Source: Azolla caroliniana (lineage: Eukaryota > Plantae > Polypodiophyta). From it: a stretch of 64,000 bases of DNA. The position numbers and the translations under genes are program-made. Positions 1-10,806 of this stretch are shown here, piece by piece (position 1 is the stretch's first letter; every line of letters starts with the position of its first letter). The notes beneath the pieces are model-generated. The model was not told the DNA's origin and searched no databases. It saw only the letters and a list, made by a program, of their open reading frames with translations. The stretch lies in contig JBHGNT010000011.1 of NCBI GenBank assembly GCA_043228905.1, positions 10,788,001 through 10,852,000 on the forward strand, given 5' to 3'.

Positions 1-106
1 TAAGATAATTATATTATGATGTATATTCAAACCTCATATTCGGGGGAGAGGTTTTTTTTTTAAGTGGCTGGTAGATGATCCTTGATTTTGTGTTTTTTTC
101 TTGAAG

Positions 107-1202
107 ATTTGTTCTTCGCATTCCCAAGAGTTTATCGTTAGATGGTGCAGCCCCGTTGCTTTGCGCGGGAATCACTGTCTTCAGTCCGATGCGCTACTTT
201 GGGATGACCGAGAAAGGCAAACATTTTGGCGTGGTTGGCTTAGGAGGGTTGGGCCACATGGCAGTCAAGTTTGCGAAAGCTTTCGGACTCGAGGTCACGG
301 TTATAAGTACGTCTCCAAAGAAAGAAAAGGAGGCCAAAGAGATATTGGGGGCCGATCATTTCCTTCTTAGCACAGACAAGGATGCCATGAATGTAAGATT
401 GCATGCAAACTTTTGAGTTTGAATTGAACGAAAAAAAAACTAAAAACAAAACTAAAAAATAGTTTAGGTAATTTATTGAACGAATGTTGTGCATTACAGA
501 AAGCTTCGAGGACAATTGATCACATGATCGATACAGTTGCTGTCCCTCATGACATGGAGGCTCTCGTGGCATTGCTTCGTGTAAATGGCAAGATGGTGCT
601 TGTTGGTGTTCCCGAAAAGCCTTTCGAGCTTGCACATGGAACTCTAATATTTGGTGAAACTCTCATCCTCTATATTTCGGGTTCTTATTAATAATCTTTA
701 GCCTTTGAACTTGACAAGTTGGTAATCATAAATCATGGAGTGATAGTCGAAACTTTGGTCTCTTAAGTTGTTGAGTTTCGGGTTTTGTGGAAACTAATAT
801 TACAATTCATTACTCTTGAATCTTACCCATACACTCACGCGCACCCACTCACTCACTCATAGTCACACTCATTTGCAGTTTGTAAACATTAGTATCTTAG
901 CTTATGTAGGGTGGTGATGGATGGGTGGATGGGTGTAAGTTTGATTCCATTTCATATCATTTAAGCTACCATGTGGAGATGGTGGTACTAACATTTACAA
1001 TTCTAATGTAGGTCGTCGTTTCGTGGGAGGTAGCCTCATCGGTGGGATTGAGGAGACTCAAGAGATGTTGGATTTTTGTGCTGAAAAGAACATCAGCTCA
1101 ACCATCGAGGTTATTCGTCCAGACTACTTGAACACAGCCATGGATAGGCTAAGTAAATCGGATGTCAAGTATCGATTTGTGATTGACATGCAAAGCTCGT
1201 GA
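107..1202 (+). CDS. CAD: Cinnamyl alcohol dehydrogenase-like, last three coding exons (107-392, 500-653, 1012-1202); 5' part lies outside the window
   Basis: Spliced translation [28 protein letters not shown]...[20 protein letters not shown]...[22 protein letters not shown]...DVKYRFVID. Contains the Zn-ligand LCAG motif and the GLGGLG NADP-binding motif. GT-AG introns at 393-499 and 654-1011; TGA at 1200-1202. Confidence 0.93.
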
Positions 1203-2057
1203 GGTTTTGGTGAATAACAATTCACGATATCTCCATTCCTCAAACAATTGTTACTCTAGTTCCTTATCATAGCATGCCACCTTATTGGTATAAAGAATAA
1301 ATACATTTGATGAATTAGTGTCCACACTCATTTTCGCTAATATTTGTTCACAACGATTAAACTTATTCAACCTTTCATTTCATGTGCTAATTCTCAAATA
1401 TGCATATTTGCTTGAGCTTGGTGTTAGCGCTCAACTAGGAAAACACAAAATTATTTGTGGTGGCATCTAAGAATTTCTTATCATCAGTTTTGTAAACAGT
1501 TTTCATGATGTCCAACAAACTTTATGAGACACTTCTTGTGAGAATTAGCTCTTGTGATTAGATTGACTCTCAAAAGTTAATATTTTCTTGAGCTAACAAT
1601 AACTAAATTTTGGTATTGTATGAGAATTTGTCATAATCTTCAAATATATCTTTAGTATTTACATCCAAATCCACAATTTGAGCCCGTGAAAATGATGGCC
1701 TGGTTATTATGGAAAACATATGATTAAACTAATAATTAGCAAAAATGCTCTCTAAATTTCTTGCATACATTTCATTGGAATTACGAAGCACTTCCATGAT
1801 ATCAAAAGGTACACCACAATATTATAAAAATTACATGCACTTACATGATATTATTCATACTCACCTCCCTTCGTTGAGGATAGAGGATCGTGCTCGTGTT
1901 GGCTAGCTATGATTGCCACTAGTTTATAGCTCTAGATAGCTACTTACATTAAGTAGAAAGTAAGAGAGGATACTTGTATAGACTTACGGTAAAATCTCTC
2001 CTAACTAATGGGAAAGTAGCTCCTTTTTTGGGAAAAGAAAAAAAGAAAAGAAAAAGA

Positions 2058-2310
2058 AATTACATGCACTTCGATGATATTATAAAAATTACACGACTTC
2101 ATCAATCTTACATTGTTTATACATTTCTATGATATTATAAAAATTACAACTTCTTTTAATCCATCAATCTAACATGTTTTAGACATTTCCATTATATTAT
2201 AGAAATTACATGACTTCTTTTAATCCATCAATCTAACATGTTTTAGACATTTCCATTATATTATAGAAATTACATGACTTCTTTTAATCCATCAATCTCA
2301 CATTTAGACA
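2058..2310. repeat. 64-bp AT-rich tandem repeat, about 4 copies (2.5 near-perfect)
   Basis: Unit acttcttttaatccatcaatctaacatgttttagacatttccattatattatagaaattacatg starts at 2149, 2213 and 2277, with degenerate copies upstream. Confidence 0.85.
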
Positions 2311-3711
2311 AGTGAACATGATACTCATCATTGACTTGCAACAAAGTGTGCTTATTGTGACAATGTCTCGACTCTCAAAGGATACTTTATGTATTAGTTG
2401 TGTTATACGATCAAGTATGAAATCTCTCCAAATTCAAATAAAAGGTACTTCAAAATGTACAAATCTGGTCTAGGGTACAATCATTGAATTTGGATGGCTT
2501 AGTTGCCAAGAATATCTTTCACCTTTCCCACATGTTTATGTATTTATCTTTACTCATCTTTACTTATAAATCATTCTATGTCTAGGACCCTTTAAACATC
2601 ATGTGATAGTTTTCGACATTTAAATGGGTTGGTTTGATGTTTGAAATAGGGATGGACCCAGTGCGGTTTCTTGGCCTTGAAACTAAACCAATCTATATGG
2701 GCACAATGTGGTTTCTTAGCCTTGGAACTCAACCAACCTGTATGGGGCCTATGCATTTTCTTATCCTTGAAACTAAACCTAGGTAGGTTTGATATTTGAA
2801 GTAAGCATGGGCATAGTTTCTTGACCAAACAAACACCACAACAAACTATTTCAGAACTATTGACCCCCTTTAAGTTGTCGATTAAACAATTAAACATGCA
2901 AAAAACAATCAATTAGAAAACATTAATTTAAATTAATTATATAGATAGACAAAATAACAATTAATTAAACAATCAAATAAAAAAGTTATTAATTAAGTTG
3001 TTGAATGAACTAAACCATTAAACAATTAGGGAAACATAAAAAGTTAAACAAAAACCAATAAACCATTCATTACAACCACTTAAACTGATAAACCTATAAA
3101 ACCAAGTTTTAGAACCAAACAAAACTTAAATCAAACCATTTAATTATATTTGAACTAATAAACCATTAAGTCATGGCTTAACGGTTTGGTTTAGTTCAAA
3201 AAAAATGAGGGCCCTTCACTAGTTCGACGTTCAAAAATAGTGTGGTCCCATCACTTGTTCTAGAACTTTGATGCCACTAACTAGAATGCCTAATGCGATA
3301 ATATATTTGATATCGTAGAAATGCTTTCACCCGAATCTATTTATACATTTGGTTTTCTGTATAATACTTTGGTATACCTTCGAGTTTCTATTTTGTTCTA
3401 ACTAAGCAAGGTTCAACTTCATGCCTTGTGGTTACCTACACTTGTAAATACATTGTTTTTCATAATGCAACTATAGCTTTAGCTAGTACACATTAAAAAA
3501 ACATTTGAAATGACAATTATAATTGTAACACATTTTTTTAAAAGATTGAAAATGTGCAACACTTCATATATGTATTTAGATAGCATTGACTTAGTGCACA
3601 ATACTCACATCTATCTTATTACATTTTCTTTTCTAGTGCATTTTATCTTTATCAATGTATGATGTATCATTACTCAATACAAATGCCAAAGATGCATACA
3701 AAATAAACATA

Positions 3712-6339
3712 TTAGATTCCAAGTCTACGAGTAACTTTTGGAATCAGATCTTTAAAAAGCTATAACTAATTTGAGTATGAGTTTCACAAATCATCCTCAA
3801 TCTTATGGACAAACTAAATGATATCGTGATGTGATATGCTCAAATGTGGGAACGTGGATAAAAAATAGGAAAAGAAAAATGTGCAAAATGTGGGGGAAGA
3901 GAAAAGAAAGGGGTGCAACAAAATTGTAGATGTATATATAAGAGAATATTAAATTGATAATAGTGAATAGCCCTAGAGGGTACAAAGTTCGAATCTCTAT
4001 AGCATGGCACGAATTTAATGAGCACTTTATTCCTCTTTCTTTTTAGAGAAAAGAAGAATAAATGTATTGAATGCAAATGAGATTGCCTCTTCTTATAAAA
4101 GGGGGGGAAAGGGGCATATTTTGGGTCTTCTTAGGTTTTTGGAATTTGGAGCTTCTTTGTCTCTTCATTTTCAACGTTTTGGAAGTTCTCCTCTTTCAGT
4201 TTTGGTTTTCTTTAACCTTCTTCTTCGATTTTCTTGGTGGAGACTTCAAGTAGAGGTTCGATAAGCTCACACGCCTGTTGTTCAAAGGGAGGATGAAGTG
4301 GCCTAAGACCAATACTCCGATTCGAGACATCGAAGCAATCAAAGGTAGTCGCGGTCTTAGCGGCCAATTGACTCACCTACATCGGGAGCTTCAATCCCCT
4401 CTATTTTCGTCTTTGTTTTTTATTGAGTGGTTAACATTTGTTGCCATCATTTTAATCCAACGTCTAATCAAACAGTTGTACACCCTATCTTATAAAGGGA
4501 TTTTCTTTCTTCATCTATTGTTTTTCGGCCTAAAAAAAGGCCCTTTCGATATCATTATTGTGTAAATCCTATGTAATCTCATGATCCTTGTGTGAATCAC
4601 GTGATTTGATCCTAACCTCGTGTGTTAACTATTGTTGTGAGAGTGTGAGAGGAAAGAGAGGAGCTCATTATTCCTTTCAACTCTAGGTATTTCTTGACTA
4701 TAGAGAGGTTTTGATTCTAGGGAACCTTCAAGTCTTACAAGCCTTCTCGAGCAAGCCTTTGAGTCCTACAAGAATTTGACTTTAGGGAGCTCTTGACCCT
4801 AGCGAACCTTTGATTCCGAGGAGACTTCAGGAGGTCTTGACTCTGACGAGCTTTCAACTTTGTTGAGCTTTTGACTCCTATGAGCCTTCAAGTCCCCTAA
4901 TATTTGCGCCGACCTTTCGAGTCTTAGGAGCTTTCGATTCTAGGAGGTCTCGACTCCGACGAGCTTTCAACTTTGTTGGGCTTTTGACTCCTAGGAGCCT
5001 TCAAGTCCCCTAATATTTGCTCACTCTTAGTCCTTTTGTCTTCCCTAGTCCAAGACCCCTGTGGTCCTGCTCAAGTAGCACAGGCACTCCCGTTTACACA
5101 ACAATGAGTTAATCAAATTATTGAGGACATACTTTGGGCTTATGCAACAAAAACCCCTCCTAAGTGCCAGGAGCAATACCTTCCTATCTTAGAATTTCCT
5201 TGTAATGAGTTCAAACATACATCCATTAGATATAGTCATTTTATGTTAATGTATAGTTTTCAACTGCCTCAGTAGATGTCACGATTCCTCGTGATACATT
5301 AGGCAAACTTTTGCAAAATATGAACCAAATGTTACATATTGCCTAGGAAAATGTTAAGACAACTCAAGATCATGCATGATCTTATGCTGATCGTAATAGA
5401 CATACTCATGCATTTACTATTGGTATGTTTTTTCGTGTACTTATTGACTCTAAGTCATTGTCTACTGGCAAGTGTGCTAAGTTGACCCCATATGATATTG
5501 TGGCCCCTTTGACATCCTTAAGCGAGTTGGATCATCTGCTTATCACCTTGCCTTACCTCATAACGTTGATATTCACCTTGTTTTTCATGTAAGTCGTCTA
5601 AAACCATTTTTAGGCTTTGGTGATAACACCATCACTATAAAGGATCTTGTAACATTAGAGGATTTGTCTTATAAACATAATGTTCCAAAACAAATTCTCG
5701 ATTCTCAAACTAAACATTTACATTTTAAAGTGATTCGCTAATTCAAATTCAAATGGATGAATAAACCTCTTTGCCACATGGGAACGAGAGCATACTCTTA
5801 AGGTACAATCTTCTCATTTTATATTGCAAGAGTGCAATCTTTTCAAGTTGGGGAGTATGTTATACGCACATAAGTAGTAGGTGAAGGTATGTCACTAGTA
5901 TTTACATAAGTGAAGGGTATGTTCACTAATGTGACAAAGGAACTAATGTGATTGGATATAAGGAGTGGTAGGTGCATGCACTATCATTATCTTGACAACC
6001 AGTGAATGGTGAGTCTTTTAGAAAAGCATATATCCATGGAAGGGACATAGGAAGAGGTATAAATATGAGGCCTAGCTACCCTCATAAAGGACATTATGTC
6101 AAAAGGGTTCCGTCTTAAGACACCAGTGGGGGGGGCTAGGCTTTCATCATGATGATCTTGCTATCTTTTCCAAGGTATTAATTTGAATCCTAATATTTGT
6201 CGACATGGGACGTTGGTGGTAGGCTGGCTATGTCTTGATCATAGTTGGGGGGTGGTCGAGTGAATGGGTTCTTCTATCCAATCTATTTACCTTTATTTCA
6301 CTTTAATTTAGTCTATTGATTAGTAATAGACTCTTAACA
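3712..6339 (+). mobile_element. Decayed Ty3/gypsy chromovirus remnant (integrase, chromodomain, PPT, 3' LTR 5857-6339), interrupted by a solo LTR
   Basis: 3712-3821 and 5104-5856 align by eye to integrase and chromodomain DNA of the 40254-46606 element (atcatcctcaatc.atggaca, gccacatgggaacg, caagagtgcaat...gggagta|tgtta). The LTR shares tataaata.gaggcctagctaccctcat and ends in taaca. Confidence 0.75.
3822..5103 (+). mobile_element. Probable solo LTR (1.28 kb) with 4-bp TSD ATGA
   Basis: Termini tatcgtg...cacaaca fit a deaminated TGTCGTG...CACGACA pair. ATGA lies at 3818-3821 and 5104-5107. Internal TATAAAAGGGGG box and short internal repeats at 4690-5040. Removing it rejoins the integrase remnant. 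Confidence 0.6.
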
Positions 6340-7636
6340 CATGGATAGGAAGGTAGTACCTTGTTCATGGACAATCAATTTATAACCATAGATTTCGAGG
6401 CAATGTTATTAGCATAAGAAGCATATAAGGATACAAATTACTTTTGAGGTGATGTTTATGGCTGAAATCTAAGGATGGCCCATCTTCCAAAATGAGCTAA
6501 GATTCAATCATGAACTTCAAGGTGCATATGCTCACTATAATAGACTGAATGCACCCCATTAGAACCGAATGGTGTGATGAAAATGGCCAAATCCTTGATT
6601 GCTTCATGGTAGCTATGTCTCGTGTCAAATTGAAACATTAAATGTTGGTACATTGTCGGTACATCACAAACACTATTGGGAAGTGCACATCCTATAAACA
6701 ACCTAGCACATGTCTAAGATGAAAACCAACTCCTCTACCTCCCTTGCATAGTTAATGGGTATAGTGGAAAGAGGTGTTAGTTTCACCACCCTTGTCTCAT
6801 ATGACCATTGGTTATGTTTGAGTTTGACACGCTTAGTAACATGCAACAATTGGATATAAGGCCATGATGCCCCTATTCTAGTGTCATCTACCTTCCTATT
6901 ATCGAAATTGTTTGATCTTTTAACTTTCAATCAATTCTTTCTTCAACCTCTCATTTAATAGTTATATGCAATTTAATATAATTGTATGATTTAACAGAGA
7001 TAGATAAATAGATTGTATTATCGTTTTTAGAGGTACGCAAATATGACCTATGAGACCAAAAATATTATATTTTCATGTAATACATGTGAAAGTGAGTAGC
7101 AACTCTTGATGCTTGAGAACTTGACTAATGAATAATGAATGTTGCAATTGAGAGTGCACACTATGACTATGAGAGAAACTTGTTGAAGAATTGGGTTTGG
7201 TCAAAGATTTGTGGAAAATATACTAGTCAAATGTGTTCATAGCTAGACCATTGTATCAAAGTGTGATACTTAGTCTTTTGATTCAAATTTGTTTCAAGCA
7301 AAGTGTGCATAGTTGACTACTCTCATCACTTGTGCCCCAACGCCTGGTGTGTTTGAGCTAAGTCCCATGAAAGCAATGACTCGGGTGGTTGACAACATGA
7401 TGGGGTCTAAAAATATCGATGTGTGTGGTTTCCCTAATTGGCAAAGATTATGGTTTTGTAATTAGGTGCCACATATGTAATATAATGTGTAAAGTGAGAG
7501 CCTCCATATTTCTCCCATGTCATGATACATTGGTGTTGCAGAAAGGCCTCATTCACAAAGGAATCTAGTGATGCATCATGAAGCAAGTGTGTTGTATCTA
7601 ATATTCCAAACCATTTTTCCATATCTTGCATCCAAC

Positions 7637-7637
<1 letters not shown>

Positions 7638-7692
<55 letters not shown>
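7638..7692. repeat. (GA)n microsatellite
   Basis: About 27 uninterrupted AG units. Confidence 0.97.
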
Positions 7693-7696
<4 letters not shown>

Positions 7697-8129
7697 AATT
7701 GATTGATAGGATTATTGATGTGGCAATTTTGTTTATTGGAGCAAATTGAAATATTTTCCTCAATGGAGTGTTTATCTTGCCAATTGGTGATTCATCATGC
7801 CCCATATACCCACATAGTAGTGAACCAATAAGTTGTGTATTGTCATAAAGTTTCTCACATACATTTATAAATGTTATTTTGCGTTTTTTGTGTGTATGCA
7901 TGTGAGTTGATTGGTAAGGTTACCCAATGGAGACGAAGAGGTCATGGGTTCAACTCCTAGATTCTATAGTGACACCTAGTAAATTAAGAGACATATAAGG
8001 AGTAATAGAAAGGTGAGTAATTTGGGTTTACAAACCCAAGACATAATGCTAATGGTGTAATAACTTACCCTAATAGAACTTAATAGATTCTAATGGTTAT
8101 CCTAGGACTTCGAACAAATCCTCAAGAAT

Positions 8130-8251
8130 TTGGGGCACATGGAAATCTAGGAGCCTAAAAGCCTTCAACTAAGTAAAGGGAATTAGGGTACTTGGGGCAC
8201 ATGGAAATCTAGGGCCTAAAGCCTTCAACTAAGTAAAGGGAATTAAGGTAC
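8130..8251. repeat. About 61-bp direct duplication in LTR-like sequence
   Basis: ttggggcacatggaaatctagg...aattagggtac occurs twice in tandem. Confidence 0.85.
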
Positions 8252-9434
8252 TTGTCAATATTGCATATTTTACCTAATGAGTTCAACTATATAAAGAGGA
8301 CTAACTACTCCTTTTGATATGGCATCTTAGAGACTTTATTGGTATGGCAAAGTTCTCATATTTTAGATTCTTCATTGGTTGTCCATTAAGTTATAATGTC
8401 AAGCCATATTTGGTAGGATGGGAGTGTGGTTTTCTTTGTGTCTCTTGTCCTTTGCTCGAGTTTTTGGTGTAGTTAAGCACATCCTTATCATTGGTTCTGG
8501 GTGCTTACAATACTACAATTATGGAAATGAGAAGTAAAACTAAATCCGTTGAATTCTATGAAATTCCTCAACTGGCTGTCATATTTTACAAAAATTGCAG
8601 AATGCCCTTGATCGTTTCACAAAATTCAAAAAATTAGTTTTCTACTGCATGACTATTGGAACCATAGAAAACTAAAGGACATACTAGGCGAATGAAAATA
8701 GAGGGATAGGAAGCTATCATGATGAATTAACCTCAAATGAAGACAAAAATAATACGTGCATATTGAATACTCGTGTCTTCCTTTCACCTTGCATTCTAGC
8801 ATTTAATGCTAAGATTTTCTTGCATAGCAAAGATGAAGGGCTAAAGACCACGGTCTACCTAGATTTCCTCTACACCAGAATCATCTAATCACCAAGAATT
8901 ATCATGCTTGCTATTACCCCTATCTATTATTAGGTCATCTTAAGGATACACTAATGATTAAGCAAATAGGTATATAATTAAACGAAAGAAATGGGATAAG
9001 GGCAGTTCTCTTCCTAACCACCATTGAGTGGAGGAATTGAGATGGATTGTCCCACACCATTGGATGTTGTCTAAGATTGTACCTTGATTGCAATCCACAC
9101 AATGTTATTATATCAAGAGCCCAACCTAGCAACCACACCATTGTTGTCTCAAGACTAATTGTGTTCCGATAAAGATAAGTGTATTCCAGAATGGTTAGTT
9201 GCTCCTCATTCTACACTTGCACCTTACGTCACCCACCGCATGGACTTTAACCACATGTACTAAAACCATTAGAAAACATTATGCACGTTGTCTCAACCAT
9301 ACAATTGAGAGAGAAGTACGTTTGTGGTTAGCCAAATATATATATGTATAAGAACTGGGAGACAACTGTCTTGTCTTCTCGTGGGGGTGGGTATTGGACT
9401 CCCTTGGTGTGTGTGTGTGTGTCTCTCGTGGGGG

Positions 9435-9757
9435 TGGCTATTTGCCCCCCAAATTTCTGGTCGTTCTCAACAATTTGGCTATTTTGCCCCCCAAATTTCT
9501 GGTAGTCCTCAACATTTTGGTTATTTTGCCCCCCAAATTTCTGGTCGTTCTCAACAATTTGGCTATTTTGCCCCCCAAATTTCTGGTAGTCCTCAACATT
9601 TTGGTTATTTTGCCCCCCAAATTTCTGGTACTTCTCAACATTTTGGCTATTTTGCCCCCCAAAATTCTGGTAGTCCTCAACATTTTGGTTATTTTGCCCC
9701 CCAAATTTCTGGTACTTCTCAACATTTTGGCTATTTTGCCCCCCAAAATTCTGGTAG
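9435..9757 (+). repeat. 42-bp minisatellite, about 8 copies, in frame with the downstream MULE domain
   Basis: Unit ggctattttgccccccaaatttctggtagtcctcaacatttt translates as GYFAPQISGSPQHF; variants alternate in dimers. Confidence 0.95.
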
Positions 9758-9788
9758 TTTTGCTAATCCCCCATTTTGGCTTCACAAC

Positions 9789-10214
9789 ATGTCTCCCCAA
9801 CCGTCTTCAGCTTCAATTATCAATAGAACCTTCACTGAGAGAGGGGCTCTAATCAGTTTTATCAAGGACCATTTCCGTGCTCAAAATATAATTGTTGTGG
9901 TGGATAAGCATAGTGACAATAGAAAACTCACTTTCAAGTGTTACTATGGGGGAAAATATCGCAACCCTCTAGGCTTGACTGACGATACTCGCAAAAGACA
10001 AACAGGAACTCGTCTAATGGACTACCCATTCTTCATCAGAGCAAACTTCTCGAAGAAAACGGGACAGTGGACTATTAAAAAGGCAACTATTGTACACAAT
10101 CATCCTATTTCTGATAATCTCGGTGGTATATCAACGGCTCGTAGACTAACTGATACAGAAAAAATCATTGTTCGCGACATGGCAAAATCCACAGTATTGA
10201 TTGGAAACTTGTAG
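9789..10214 (+). mobile_element. MULE/Mutator transposase N-terminal fragment (FAR1/AFT-like WRKY-GCM1 zinc-finger DNA-binding domain), truncated
   Basis: FKCYYGGKYRN...RKRQTGTRLMDYPFFIRA...W...HNHP...ARRLT matches the C..GG.Y..TR..CPF..W..HNH pattern, with the second Cys changed to Tyr. No DDE domain follows. Confidence 0.7.
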
Positions 10215-10267
10215 GAAGAAAAAGAAGAAGAAGAAGAAAGAGAAAGAAGGAAGAGTAACTACGCCTA

Positions 10268-10299
<32 letters not shown>

Positions 10300-10539
10300 G
10301 TTAGCCAAAATAGGGGGGCCAAAAAGTTTTTCTGTTTTTTAGGGGGCCAAAAAGTCATAGAAGGAAATATGAAGATGTATGTATTTTGGGGGAAATACAT
10401 ACGTAGATATGTACATACATAATTTAATTGTACATAACATAAAAATACGTATGTCTGTACGTATGCGTGTATGTGGTACAGAAATTTACGTGTCGCCATT
10501 GCCTTTCGTTTCTTCTGCGTAAACAGATATGCAGGCGGG

Positions 10540-10589
10540 AAACCCTAGTTATATTCGCAGACCTTTACCGACAGATCGAGGAACCCTAA
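10540..10589 (+). promoter_or_regulatory. Telo-box motifs upstream of ZRF1
   Basis: AAACCCTAG at 10540 and GAACCCTAA at 10581, followed by a GAA/GGA-rich leader. Telo-boxes are common in plant translation-machinery genes. Confidence 0.5.
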
Positions 10590-10806
10590 TTATTCGGCGC
10601 AGACATAGAACCACAAAGCCCTGCTTTCTTCTTCTTCTCTGCGAAGTGACAGAAGAAGGAAGAAGAAAATTATCATCTGCAGAGAAGAATGGAACAGGAG
10701 GAAGAACAATCGTAAAGAAACAAGAAGAAGGAACACAAGAAGAAGGAAAAAGAATTAGAAGAGGAGGAGGAGGAGGAGTAGGAGGAGGAGGAGGAGGAAG
10801 GAGGTG

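Noticed and set aside
2583-3215. Non-autonomous hAT/MITE (TAGGACCCT...AGGGCCCTT ends, AAACC-rich interior)
   Set aside because: No matching TSD was found and the terminal match is too weak.
6340-7430. Possible further retroelement remnants (also at 30960-31520 and 48870-49460)
   Set aside because: Too degenerate to assign from the sequence alone.
7910-8510. Solo LTR or tRNA-derived SINE (B-box-like GGGTTCAACTCC)
   Set aside because: No cloverleaf, no TSD, and boundaries cannot be defined.
9435-9800. Leucine-rich and basic repeat proteins in alternative frames (ORFs 9394-9852 and 9438-9800)
   Set aside because: These are by-products of a stop-free 42-bp repeat.
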